Shown: piece by piece, positions 49,661 to 59,362 of the stretch | How the letters are laid out: every line of letters begins with the position of its first letter | Position numbering within the stretch: position 1 is the first letter of the stretch | NCBI GenBank assembly: GCA_001771815.1 | Contig: MEPU01000005.1 | Coordinates: 2,346-66,345 of the forward strand | DNA length: 64,000 nucleotides | Source: Bdellovibrionales bacterium RIFCSPHIGHO2_01_FULL_40_29 | GTDB lineage: Bacteria; Bdellovibrionota; Bdellovibrionia; Bdellovibrionales; Bdellovibrionaceae | Direction: 5' to 3' | Translations under genes and position numbers: made by a program | Notes under the pieces: model-generated | Told to the model about the DNA's origin: nothing | The model's database searches: none | Seen by the model: the letters and a program-made list of their open reading frames with translations, nothing else

Positions 49661-50148
49661 TTCAGCTCCTCATTTCGTATAAAAACGTTAGAGCTTAAAT
49701 ATTTATTTGATTTGCTGACAACTGGAATACGAAGCTCTCCAATTAAGTCATTTTTACCAATTAACGTGACATCATTCTGAGTTAATATAACCTTACAATC
49801 AATGATGTACTCTTTCGTAGCTTCAAGGGTATTTGAACTATTTTCTGGGTTAAATAAACACGTTGCACTTATACTATTATGCAAATATTTAAATTTAACA
49901 TCATCAAGATTAACACTGACATTATTTTTAATATCAACATTTTTCACAAAAATCTTAAAAGCAATTTCTTGATCAGAATTTTGTATATTTTTAGAAATTG
50001 GTTTTTTTAGAAACATAAATGAATTTGAAGTAATTATCTCATCTACCTTATTCAATTCATACACAACATTTGGTGGATCTTGCATCAATATCGGGTTTAT
50101 ACAAGATGTCATTAAAACCATAAAAAAAGCCAATAAATATTTATTCAT
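49657..50148 (-). CDS. AT-rich hypothetical lipoprotein
   Basis: Lipobox LMTSC; 4-bp overlap with the next gene. Confidence 0.7.
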   Translation of the reverse strand: MNKYLLAFFMVLMTSCINPILMQDPPNVVYELNKVDEIITSNSFMFLKKPISKNIQNSDQEIAFKIFVKNVDIKNNVSVNLDDVKFKYLHNSISATCLFNPENSSNTLEATKEYIIDCKVILTQNDVTLIGKNDLIGELRIPVVSKSNKYLSSNVFIRNEELK

Positions 50149-50201
50149 TTTGTTATTTAAGCACATGTTAATTATTTTGCAATTCAAGTAACTCGACTTG
50201 A

Positions 50202-50624
50202 GTCCACACCAGGTGTCCAAAACTCTTTGAGCGCAATATAACAGTTATTAAATTAGCAGGAATTCCGAACCACTATCTTTGGATTGCTCATCAAAATCGA
50301 ATGCGCCCACCCCCTGGAGAATTCAATCCCATTCTTCCTTGGCTTGGCATTGGGTCACTTATAATTTCTCTTTTTATCGGCATTGGCGTTACTATTTTTA
50401 TTATTTACAACTCTGTTCATAAAAAAATAAAAGAAGCCGATGATGTTATTTCTCAAATACAGTCAGGAAATTTAAAAGCTCGATTCAAAATTCAGCGACG
50501 TGATGAATTTGGCGAAGCCATGGTCCGTTTTAACAAAATGGCCGATGAAATTGAAAAATTGGTTGATCATCTTAAATTTGTCGAATTAGCTCGTACCAAA
50601 CTTATACAAGAGCTTGCACACGAT
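50202..50624 (+). pseudogene. Internal fragment of a HAMP sensor histidine kinase
   Basis: TM + HAMP (DEFGEAMVRFNKMADEIE) ending at H-box ELAHD; upstream open frame lacks a start; no HATPase. Confidence 0.8.
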
Positions 50625-50837
50625 ACAAAATATTTCACCATTCAAAATCTTTTGCAAACAGGCATCCATTGCTTGCTGCTGGGCGGTCTTCGACACCTCA
50701 GCATTCTGTTCTTCAGAAATTTCTTTTGCCAATCGGTCAGCATTTACAAATGATAAGTTCTTATTTTTTAAATATATGTCGTAAAATTTTGATTTGCCAG
50801 CGCCATTCCCACCAGCAAGTATCCAAAGTTGTTTCAT
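50625..50837 (-). pseudogene. Truncated zeta-toxin-like P-loop kinase
   Basis: LAGGNGAGKS, FVNAD; breaks at GEIFC where FETV would be expected. Confidence 0.8.
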
Positions 50838-50846
50838 CTAAAAAAA

Positions 50847-51266
50847 CTACCGCGTCATCTTTTTTACGGATTTTTCTGGTACAAATTTTCCATCAGAAAA
50901 TTGGCCGAGAGTTTTCTCTCCCTCACTAGTCATACGAAAAAACATACCCAGTTTTTTAGGATTTTCTTCATACCAAACTTCGTCTTTAATGACCTTTGAT
51001 TTAATAATGCCAGTCTTGCGATCTGACTCCACCTCATCAAATACGCTATCAAAATCAACAGGTTCAGATTTTTTTCTAAGCACTTTGATTTCAGCCTCTC
51101 CACTGACTAAGGCTGCAACATCAGCAGGAGTCATATTTATCTCAGCCTCTTTTCCAATTTGAGCCCAGAACTCAATTTGTTTAGTCAGTGATCTGTAGCT
51201 CATCTTAATCTGCTGCTTTGCATCTTCTAGCAACTCATCGCTCACTCGAATTGGAATAGACATCAT
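50847..51266 (-). CDS. ParD-like (DUF3423) ribbon-helix-helix antitoxin
   Basis: PIRVSDELLEDAK, RSLTKQIEFWAQIGK; AAGGAG RBS; directly upstream of the zeta fragment. Confidence 0.8.
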   Translation of the reverse strand: MMSIPIRVSDELLEDAKQQIKMSYRSLTKQIEFWAQIGKEAEINMTPADVAALVSGEAEIKVLRKKSEPVDFDSVFDEVESDRKTGIIKSKVIKDEVWYEENPKKLGMFFRMTSEGEKTLGQFSDGKFVPEKSVKKMTR

Positions 51267-51289
51267 CTTCTCCTTTTAAAGAATTGTAC

Positions 51290-51330
51290 ACATACAGTGT
51301 ATCACAAAGTAGCATATTGCTACAACCAGA
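51290..51330 (-). promoter_or_regulatory. TA promoter with GTAGCA-TAT-TGCTAC operator (51309-51323)
   Basis: Minus strand TTGTAG-18 nt-TACACT with extended TG; the palindrome overlaps the -35 and spacer. Confidence 0.5.
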
Positions 51331-51464
51331 AAAATACTCAGTAAAATCATACATATAGCTCGACCAATCGGGAAAATGCTTCATACGCGTTTTTTATCAA
51401 TATCTATCTTAAACAACGATCGCTCACTCGTTTCTAAAATGTAAATCGACAGCTCAGTCGATGA

Positions 51465-51809
51465 ATAGATTTCGTAGCCTTTTCAGTTATCTCGACCTCG
51501 AAGCCCTATGACCTTGTTAGTATCCAATTTCAAAATAAAACAATCGATGCCATTCTAAAAAAGAGCACTGCTTCAGGCGAAATTATTTGCAACAAATATT
51601 CTTCTCAAACTGGGCAGGACAAAGCAGAATACAAAATTGGAGTCGGTCAGTCAGAAAATATAGAATTTGTAACTTTTAATGCTGTTGCAATGGACAATGA
51701 ATACAGCTGCCAAGGGGTAAAGATATTTAATTCTTCAAAAGTTGTTTTAGATACTGGTGCCGTTATTGCGAGTCATGTAAATAAAATACACTCGGCACCT
51801 TTAAAATAG
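51465..51809 (+). pseudogene. Start-less 114-codon open frame, probable remnant of a secreted protein
   Basis: Manual translation IDFVAFSVISTSKPYDLV...CNKYS...YSCQG...APLK*; upstream TGA; not in the ORF track. Confidence 0.4.
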
Positions 51810-52157
51810 TTTTAAATCAACTCACCTTTGAAAAATTCAAAGTTGTTTTTTGGCCTAATACACCTAGCACTCTAAATAAGACATCGAGTGTGATATCACT
51901 CGTGTCACCTTTTTTAATATTCGACTAATTCGCGCGAGTGATATTTTAGCACGCTTAGACATTTCTATCAGATATTAAAAGTACAGAAACTGAATCCTAA
52001 TTAACAATTTGAATCAAAACGTCCCAAAAAGATCCACGGTCTGAATTTATTAAGATTCCACTATTTTTAAAAGTTATCTTTTCTTAATTTTTTAGCAAAA
52101 TATTCCGAAATGTAACGCTAGTACTATAATTTATAGTTCTCAAAGAAACGAGATGAA

Positions 52158-53450
52158 ATGAGCTCGGGCAACGACAACATACTGATAGTTGACGATAACA
52201 TCTCTATTCAAGACGATTTTCGTAAAATTTTAAACTCATCAGCTCAGGAATCCGATCCCAAAATGAATGAATTAGAGCAACAACTCTTTGGAGAAACGAG
52301 CTCATCTGAAAGTCATTTTTTTAACAACAAACAGATTAACTATCGACTTTCGTTTTCAAGCCAAGGAAATGAAGCCATAGAAAAAATCATTGAAGCTGAA
52401 AAAAAAGCAGACTCCTTTTCTGTTGTTTTTATGGATGTGCGCATGCCTCCTGGAATTGATGGCATAGAAGCCGCTTCTCAAATTCGAAAAATTGCTCCTC
52501 ATACTCAAATAGTTATTTGCTCAGCCTACTCTGATTATTCCTGGGAGGACATGGTCAAGAAACTTGGAAATCCCGAGGGGATTATTTTTTTAAAGAAACC
52601 TTTCGATAAAATTGAAGTTCAACAGCTCGCATTATCTTTAAGTGAAAAATGGAAAACCGCTCGCAAGCTGGAATATCACATCAATAATTTGGAAAAAATC
52701 GTCAAAGAAAAAGTCGATGAACTTGCTGTCGCTCAAATGCAAAGTGTTGAGTCCGCTAAGTTTGCAGCTTTAGGTATTATGTCAGCTGGTTTAGCGCATG
52801 AGTTGAACACTCCTTTGTGCGCCATTCTTATTGCGTCAGAACAAGTTATTGAGAAACTGGCCGATGACGCCGAGACACCCAAAACAAAATTAGTATCAAA
52901 GCTATTGAAGCAAATTGTCTCCATGGCTGAAAAAATGGCTACGATTATAAAGGCCTTTAGAGGTTATTCTAGAAATGAAAAAAATGATTCCTATGAATTC
53001 ATCAACGTAAAAAGCATTATCGACAATGCTCTTTTATTCTGTGAACACAAGTTTGTAGAAAATAAAATTGAACTTCATGTCGAAAACAGAACCCAATCCG
53101 GAGAGCTCAATTGCCATCCTGCCCAAATATGTCAAGTCGTATTAAACCTTCTTAATAATTCATTTGATGCTATTAAGAACCAAACAGAGAAATGGATTAA
53201 GATTGAGCTCGATGAAATTGATAATAATATTCAAATCGTTGTCATAGATAGCGGACAAGGAATTCCTGAACATGTTGCAAAGAATATCATGGTGCCATTT
53301 TATACAACAAAAGAAGTGGGACAAGGCACTGGGCTTGGCTTAAGTATTTCAAAGGGTATTATCGATCAGCATCGCGGAACATTCCAACTTGATACGACAC
53401 ACCCGAACACGCGATTTGTGGTTAAAATCCCTAAAACTCAACCCTTATGA
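52158..53450 (+). CDS. Cytoplasmic hybrid: receiver domain + histidine kinase
   Basis: LIVDDN, FMDVRMPPGIDG, LKKPF; LAHELNTPL, NLLNNSFDA, DSGQG, GTGLGL. Confidence 0.93.
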   Translation: MSSGNDNILIVDDNISIQDDFRKILNSSAQESDPKMNELEQQLFGETSSSESHFFNNKQINYRLSFSSQGNEAIEKIIEAEKKADSFSVVFMDVRMPPGIDGIEAASQIRKIAPHTQIVICSAYSDYSWEDMVKKLGNPEGIIFLKKPFDKIEVQQLALSLSEKWKTARKLEYHINNLEKIVKEKVDELAVAQMQSVESAKFAALGIMSAGLAHELNTPLCAILIASEQVIEKLADDAETPKTKLVSKLLKQIVSMAEKMATIIKAFRGYSRNEKNDSYEFINVKSIIDNALLFCEHKFVENKIELHVENRTQSGELNCHPAQICQVVLNLLNNSFDAIKNQTEKWIKIELDEIDNNIQIVVIDSGQGIPEHVAKNIMVPFYTTKEVGQGTGLGLSISKGIIDQHRGTFQLDTTHPNTRFVVKIPKTQPL

Positions 53451-53483
53451 AAGATCATGTCCATTTAAAAAAAGGAGTTTCTT

Positions 53484-54440
53484 GTGCGTGCATGTAAGCT
53501 GTTACTCATTTTACTTTTACTCAGCTCATCCACTGTCTTTGCCGAGAAAAAAATTAAAATTGCCGTTATTCCCAAGTCCACCCACCCCTGGTGGTTAAAA
53601 ATGAAAGCCGGAGCTCAGAAGGCCGCCCAAGAGCAGAATGCACAAATTTTTTGGATCAGCCCAGAGACTGAGGATCAAGTCGAAAAGCAAATCGAATTCA
53701 TGAATGGATTGATTGATAAAACAGACGGAATTGTCTTAGCTCCTCTAGATACAGAAAAACTGGTGGCCTCTGTTGAAAAGGCCATGGCCCAAAAAAAGCC
53801 CGTCGCTATTGTCGATGCCATGATCAACACCTCCAAAACAACATCCTTTTTAGCAACTGACAATAAAAAGGCTGGAGCTGTCGCCGCTGCAGAAATGGCA
53901 AAAGCGCTGACTACTAAAATCCAACCAAAAACAAAACCCAAAGTCGCTATTTATCGATTTATAAAGGGAATACAAACAACAGATGATCGAGCACTTGGTT
54001 TCGAAGAGGCTGCCGCCAAACTGCAGCAGTTTGAAATTATACGAGAAGACTTTTATGCTGGAACCACCGAGGTGACTTCAATCAACGAAGCAACAAGATT
54101 ATTAAAAAAATATCCTGATTTAAAAGGGATTTTTGCGGTCAATTGGCCCAGTTTTGAAAATCTCTATCGAGCTGTTAAAAAAACAGGAAGTGCCGGAAAA
54201 ATTAAACTCGTGGGTATAGATGAACCCGAGGCTTGCTTGGATGGCATACGTAAAGGTGAAGTCTCAGCGGTTATTATGCAGGATCCATTTAATATGGGCT
54301 ATCTCGGGGTTAAAGCAGTTGTTAATGCTTTAAAGAATAAACCCGTTGAAAAGCACATTGATACGGGAACTGTTGTCATCACTGCGGAAAATATTGATAG
54401 TCCAGAAATTAAAAAAGCTCTCAAACCAAAATCAGAGTGA
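53484..54440 (+). CDS. Periplasmic sugar-binding protein (RbsB/LacI-type fold)
   Basis: Signal peptide; IAVIPK, HPWW, LAPLD, ATDNKKAG, VGID, MQDPFNMGYLGV. Confidence 0.9.
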   Translation: MRACKLLLILLLLSSSTVFAEKKIKIAVIPKSTHPWWLKMKAGAQKAAQEQNAQIFWISPETEDQVEKQIEFMNGLIDKTDGIVLAPLDTEKLVASVEKAMAQKKPVAIVDAMINTSKTTSFLATDNKKAGAVAAAEMAKALTTKIQPKTKPKVAIYRFIKGIQTTDDRALGFEEAAAKLQQFEIIREDFYAGTTEVTSINEATRLLKKYPDLKGIFAVNWPSFENLYRAVKKTGSAGKIKLVGIDEPEACLDGIRKGEVSAVIMQDPFNMGYLGVKAVVNALKNKPVEKHIDTGTVVITAENIDSPEIKKALKPKSE

Positions 54441-54443
54441 CCC

Positions 54444-56483
54444 GTGTTTTTAAGAACCATCCGCTCAAAACTATTATTATCACTGACTTTTTCAGTTTTA
54501 CTGGTTGGAACCGGATTGACTTTGGGAGCTTCATGGATGACGACCAAACAAATCCGTCATCAGAATGAAGAGCGTATACATGCAGCTATCACAAGCATGC
54601 AACGCTCTTTTTTAAATGCTGTTAAAACAGATCAAAAGTTAATTTCAGATTTTTGTGCTCGAGATGACGTCGCTCGAAAATTCAACACAGCAGCCCTACT
54701 GGGTTTTATAGAGGATGATGTCATAGCAAAAACAAATGAACTCAGAATTTCTTTGCACGCCAAATCCTTAGCTGTTTACTTAAAAGAAGAACAAAATCCA
54801 AATATTTTCACACTTCGCATTATCTCAACACCCACCGAGGGTTCTCGCAGTTCTTTTAATAATGATCAAATCGAACAATCAAATTTTTCTAAATATTTTG
54901 AAAAAAGCACACCTGCATTTCGGCTTGTCTCTACTGATGAAGGCTATGCCGCCAAGTGGGATTTTTCTTTTGTAAGCCTTATTGATGACCCAAACTATGG
55001 ACTTAAAAAAAATGATGTCATCGGAAAAATAACTGTTGAAAACACAATTAATCTAGATCTTGCTGAAATGGGTAAAGATCTTGGTGTTTCTTTTAGTATT
55101 TATGATATTTCGGGTCGCGTTGGAATTTCGGAAAATACATTCCCCGATTTAGATCTTAGTACTGCTCGCGAAACAATGGGACGAATCACTCACATAAATG
55201 ATCAAAAAAATCTAGCCTATGATTCTGTTTTAGTTCCACTCACAGTGGACGGAGAAATAGTTGGCTATGCCTCGGCAAGCATTGCTCTGTCCATCATTTT
55301 CCAAAGAACCGTTCAAACGATTGAAGTCCTAATTTGGATTGGCCTTTGTATCATTATTGTCATCCTTGTTGCGTTTATTCCATTTGTAGATATCAGCATT
55401 GCTCGTCCATTAACAAATTTTGCCCGCGTTTTTAAAGATGTCAGCGAGGGCAAATCAGATTTAAATGTCCGATTGAAAGCAAACACACAAAATGAAATTG
55501 GCGAATTAGCCGCCGCGTTTAATACGATGGCTGAAAAAATTGAACTCACAACAACTGATTTGAAAAATGCAGAATCGGCTTTACGTGAAAGCAATCTGGA
55601 TCTTGAAAAAAGAGTCATCGACCGAACCAAAGAACTCAAAGAAGCCCAGACAATGGCATTGGAAAGTGCACATGCCGCAGGAATGGCTGAAATTTCTACG
55701 GGCATGCTTCATAATATAGGAAATATCGTTAACAGCGTGAATATTTCCACTGAAGAGCTTGCTGAAATAACTGCTTCATTAAAAGTAAAAGAGTTAAATA
55801 AAGCCAATCAACTTTTGCAAGAGCAACTTCCCAATTTAGCGCATTTTTTTACTGAAGACCCTCGTGGAAAAGCTTTGATTAGCTATTATAGCACTTTAGG
55901 AGAGGCTTTTAAATTATCACAGGATAAGCAAACTCAAGAAATTCTACGGATGCGCAAGCAATTGTCCTTAATTAATGATGTGATCAGCACTCAACAGCAA
56001 TACGCCAAGAAAGATCTTTATTTAGAAGTCATCTCATTAAAAGAACTTCTTGAGGATGTCTTAAATCTTCAAGAAAAAACTTTAGAAAATCACCATATCC
56101 AGATAATCAAAAATATTCCCAAGGACGATTTTCTGGTTAAGATTCAACGTGTGAAAATTGCCCATGTGCTTATGAATCTCATCAAAAATGCCATAGAAGC
56201 CATGGAGTCCATTCCCGCAGATGAAAGAATCCTTACTCTAACAATAGAGCGTTTAACAAACTCTGAAGTTTGCATTAAAGTCATTGATAAAGGCTGTGGC
56301 ATTTCCCAAGAAAATCTAACAAAAATATTTATTCATGGCTTTACAACCAAGCAAACAGGTCATGGCTTCGGCCTTCACTCTTGTGCCAATGCCATGACAG
56401 AAATTGGGGGACGCCTCGAAGTGAATAGTCCCGGCCCAAATCAAGGCGCTGAGTTCGTCATGATTTTTAAAATCTCACAATAG
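54444..56483 (+). CDS. Membrane HAMP sensor histidine kinase
   Basis: Two TMs around a periplasmic domain; NEIGELAAAFNTM; GMLHNIGN, NLIKNAIEA, DKGCG, GHGFGL. Confidence 0.93.
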   Translation: MFLRTIRSKLLLSLTFSVLLVGTGLTLGASWMTTKQIRHQNEERIHAAITSMQRSFLNAVKTDQKLISDFCARDDVARKFNTAALLGFIEDDVIAKTNELRISLHAKSLAVYLKEEQNPNIFTLRIISTPTEGSRSSFNNDQIEQSNFSKYFEKSTPAFRLVSTDEGYAAKWDFSFVSLIDDPNYGLKKNDVIGKITVENTINLDLAEMGKDLGVSFSIYDISGRVGISENTFPDLDLSTARETMGRITHINDQKNLAYDSVLVPLTVDGEIVGYASASIALSIIFQRTVQTIEVLIWIGLCIIIVILVAFIPFVDISIARPLTNFARVFKDVSEGKSDLNVRLKANTQNEIGELAAAFNTMAEKIELTTTDLKNAESALRESNLDLEKRVIDRTKELKEAQTMALESAHAAGMAEISTGMLHNIGNIVNSVNISTEELAEITASLKVKELNKANQLLQEQLPNLAHFFTEDPRGKALISYYSTLGEAFKLSQDKQTQEILRMRKQLSLINDVISTQQQYAKKDLYLEVISLKELLEDVLNLQEKTLENHHIQIIKNIPKDDFLVKIQRVKIAHVLMNLIKNAIEAMESIPADERILTLTIERLTNSEVCIKVIDKGCGISQENLTKIFIHGFTTKQTGHGFGLHSCANAMTEIGGRLEVNSPGPNQGAEFVMIFKISQ

Positions 56484-56566
56484 CACAGTAAATTTGTAAA
56501 AGTTTGTAAGACATAATTTCTAGTGCTACCATTTAACTACATTTAATTTTAAACCCCAGGGGCCAA

Positions 56567-56974
56567 ATGAAGAACGTTATCTTGATGGTCGATGACAACG
56601 CAGAGATGCGCAGTGTATTTTCTGATTTACTAGCACCTACAAAACTAAAAGTTTTGACCTTTCCTAGCGTGAAAGAGGCTCAAATTTACCTTATCAACCC
56701 GGAAAGTAGACAGAAAGTATTAGCCATAGTTTCTGATCTGATGATGGGACCAACTGATGGCTTGGAATTTCTTTCTTATGTCAAAAAAAATCCTGATCTG
56801 GCCCATATTGATTTTTTTCTATTCACGGGTGCGGATGTCTCTGTATTCAGACCTTTCATCACACCATTCAAGCTAAAAGGAATTATTGAAAAACCCTTTA
56901 ATCGAAAAGCGCTGGTGCAAATGCTCACCGACTTACTACCAGCTAGTGATGTCATCAATAAATCGGCAGCATAA
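56567..56974 (+). CDS. Single-domain response regulator
   Basis: MVDDN, VSDLMMGPTDG, FTG, IEKPF. Confidence 0.9.
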   Translation: MKNVILMVDDNAEMRSVFSDLLAPTKLKVLTFPSVKEAQIYLINPESRQKVLAIVSDLMMGPTDGLEFLSYVKKNPDLAHIDFFLFTGADVSVFRPFITPFKLKGIIEKPFNRKALVQMLTDLLPASDVINKSAA

Positions 56975-56985
56975 GTGCTGCCTTT
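56965..56985 (+). terminator. Short hairpin overlapping the stop codon
   Basis: GGCAGCA-TAAG-TGCTGCC-TTT. Confidence 0.45.
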
Positions 56986-56999
56986 GCCACGGACAGGCA

Positions 57000-57953
57000 T
57001 TATTGTTTGGTTAGATATTCTTCAAGCTTATCAAAGCTTCCGCCCCAGCCTTGCGACATTCCAAGTTTAGATTTATTGAATGTTTCACGCTCTGCTGGTG
57101 TCGCATCTCCGACCACTTCCCATTTGATGGTCACTCGGGTTTTTTCAGGGCCTTCGGCTTCAAGCGAGACAGTTGTCTTCATGATTTCAGGCCACGTGGG
57201 AGCCATTGGATGACGAGATATATTTTCATTTTCATCGCAGAAGAATTGAGTATAGACAAAGCGATGGGGTTTAACGATTTCCAGATAGTTGGCTTTACCG
57301 TATATCTTCGTGTCACCAACACCCATCATGCAGTAGAAGGCACTGCCCCCCGGCTTAATGTCAGCCCTTAAATAATTTATTTTAGACCCTGCTGGCCCCA
57401 TCCATTGACTGAGATGCTTTGGATCAGTCCACACTTCAAACATCAAATTCAGTGGAGCATCAAAAGTTTGATTGATAACAAAAGTATCTTCTTGGGTGGA
57501 TTCCATTTCTAAGTATTCGGCAAGTCGATCCCAAGTTGAGTTTCCGCCAGCTTTTTTGATGAATTTCTTGGTCTCGGCAGCGGCTTCAGCCGTAGCTAAG
57601 GCCATAGTCATTTCCATTCTCGTTTTGCCTTTAAGATCAATAAAATTAACAGTCACACGAAACAGCGGCGGCTGGTCATCATTACCACCATGATCATAAA
57701 CCATACGAGAATATTTTTCGACTTCGAGATATTTAGTTTTGTTAGGATAATCAACACCATCAGGCCCATGCATTGTGTAGTTCCAATGGCCACCCGTTCG
57801 CACATCTTTACTATGATTGGTCAGCGTAAACCCACGAGGCCCCCACCATTGAGCCACTTGTTTAGGGTCAACCCAAGCATCCCAGACCATCTTCACTGGA
57901 GCATCATAAATGCGTTCAATATAGAGCTCATTGGGTTTACTTTTTCCGGCCAT
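57000..57953 (-). CDS. Tandem SRPBCC/AHSA1 domain protein
   Basis: Two START-like repeats: VWDAWVDPKQVAQWWGP and FEVWTDPKHLSQWMGP. Confidence 0.92.
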   Translation of the reverse strand: MAGKSKPNELYIERIYDAPVKMVWDAWVDPKQVAQWWGPRGFTLTNHSKDVRTGGHWNYTMHGPDGVDYPNKTKYLEVEKYSRMVYDHGGNDDQPPLFRVTVNFIDLKGKTRMEMTMALATAEAAAETKKFIKKAGGNSTWDRLAEYLEMESTQEDTFVINQTFDAPLNLMFEVWTDPKHLSQWMGPAGSKINYLRADIKPGGSAFYCMMGVGDTKIYGKANYLEIVKPHRFVYTQFFCDENENISRHPMAPTWPEIMKTTVSLEAEGPEKTRVTIKWEVVGDATPAERETFNKSKLGMSQGWGGSFDKLEEYLTKQ

Positions 57954-58311
57954 TTTTTCGTCCCTTCTTCTTCGTCGTCTTTTTTAAAGTTATTGTTTTT
58001 AAATAAATATCAAGCCTGTCAAAGCTTTCTTCCCAAAATTTTCTATAGTCGCCAATCCAATCGGCGACTTCTTTCAGAGGTTCAGACTCAATACGACAAG
58101 GACGCCATTGCGCGGTTCTTCCCCTGGAAATAAGCCCTGCCCGTTCAAGCACTTTCAAATGTTTGGTGATCGCCGGCGCTGAAATATCAAAAGGCTCGGA
58201 GAGCTCTTTCACAGTGGCTTCGCCATTGGACAATTTAGATAATATGCCTCTACGAATTGGATCCGAGAGAGCCATAAATGTCAGAGTTAATTTATCTTCC
58301 GCCTGCTTCAT
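57937..58311 (-). CDS. ArsR/SmtB family regulator
   Basis: ALSDPIRRGIL, PAITKHLKVLERAGLI, FWEESFDRLD. Confidence 0.93.
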   Translation of the reverse strand: MKQAEDKLTLTFMALSDPIRRGILSKLSNGEATVKELSEPFDISAPAITKHLKVLERAGLISRGRTAQWRPCRIESEPLKEVADWIGDYRKFWEESFDRLDIYLKTITLKKTTKKKGRKNGRKK

Positions 58312-58320
58312 AATTATCCA

Positions 58321-58338
58321 ATCGGTTAATTAACCAAT
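58321..58338. promoter_or_regulatory. Probable ArsR operator
   Basis: ATCGGTTAATTAACCAAT palindrome 10 bp upstream of the start. Confidence 0.6.
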
Positions 58339-58398
58339 ACGTTAATTATAAAGGAGAAAGGTCTTTTGTCAAGAGGGTCTGTTTACGGCCGTACCAGA

Positions 58399-58701
58399 TT
58401 AAAACTCATACTCTCGTTCGATTTTACAAATTTTTACTTTGAAAGATTTATACCAGTCAGATTTTCCGCGCTGTTGAGCAACCAAATGCTCTTCGTTTTT
58501 TTTCCAGTTTTGAATATCTTCAAGCGTTTCCCAATATGAAATTGTGATCCCAATACCGTTATTATCTCTCACGCTTTCTATATCTAGAAAGCCTTTTTGA
58601 GTTTTTGCAAGTTCGACCATATGATAAGCTGTCTCCTCGTATCCAGAAAGATCGTTGTCATTTCTTTCAGACGAAAAAATTACGGCATAAGCGTTTTTCA
58701 T
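58399..58701 (-). CDS. ABM (antibiotic biosynthesis monooxygenase) family protein
   Basis: YAVIFSS, GFLDIES, ITISYWE, WKKNEEH, WYKSF. Confidence 0.9.
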   Translation of the reverse strand: MKNAYAVIFSSERNDNDLSGYEETAYHMVELAKTQKGFLDIESVRDNNGIGITISYWETLEDIQNWKKNEEHLVAQQRGKSDWYKSFKVKICKIEREYEF

Positions 58702-58996
58702 TAAATCTACTCGTTTCTTAAAATGTCAGGAACTACAATTGTCCCAAAAGACTCTATTAAGATCAAATATAATTGAATCCTACTGGGACTGCTGGCAGCA
58801 GATGAACATAAATAGCAACCATCATCATCACAATCAAACTTTGATTATTTGACTACACGATTTCATTCCAGAAGGCATTGCGTAGAAATTGTTAAGAAAA
58901 ATGAAGAATGAATACCGATCCCCTCTTGACAGAATTCACATACCCTAGTCTTCTAAATCTCTGTACTATTTTAACAGTTTTTAAAGGAGACTCGTT

Positions 58997-59362
58997 ATGC
59001 GATTTTCACCTCTTAAGAGAAATTTCTGCGCACTGGGTATGGCCGTTTTTATTTCAAATATTCCTCAAATTGTTGTGGCGGAAACTGCTTTAACAATGAT
59101 TCCCACATCTACAGTTTTACAAAATTTATCTGTTCAGGATGCGAAGGAAAGTGTTTCAGCCTTTATGAGTCGCACAGATGTGCAGCAACAATTGCTTGAA
59201 CGTGGATTATCTGCAGCAGAAGTTGAACAACGACTCGCGGCGCTTTCTCCTAGTGAATTGAATTCATTGGCTTCACAAATGAATGAAGCCCGTGCCGGCG
59301 GAGATATTCTGGTAACAATTCTATTGGTTGTATTAATCATTTTCCTTATTAAACGCATTTAG
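58997..59362 (+). CDS. PA2779 family protein
   Basis: Signal, VEQRLAALSPSEL, AGG followed by a hydrophobic tail. Confidence 0.85.
   Translation: MRFSPLKRNFCALGMAVFISNIPQIVVAETALTMIPTSTVLQNLSVQDAKESVSAFMSRTDVQQQLLERGLSAAEVEQRLAALSPSELNSLASQMNEARAGGDILVTILLVVLIIFLIKRI

Noticed and set aside
50301-50753. Intact 150-aa membrane protein
   Set aside because: The tail after ELAHD is antisense zeta-toxin sequence, so this is a chimeric pseudogene
55313-55705. 130-aa minus-strand ORF
   Set aside because: Antisense shadow of the HAMP/coiled-coil region of the kinase
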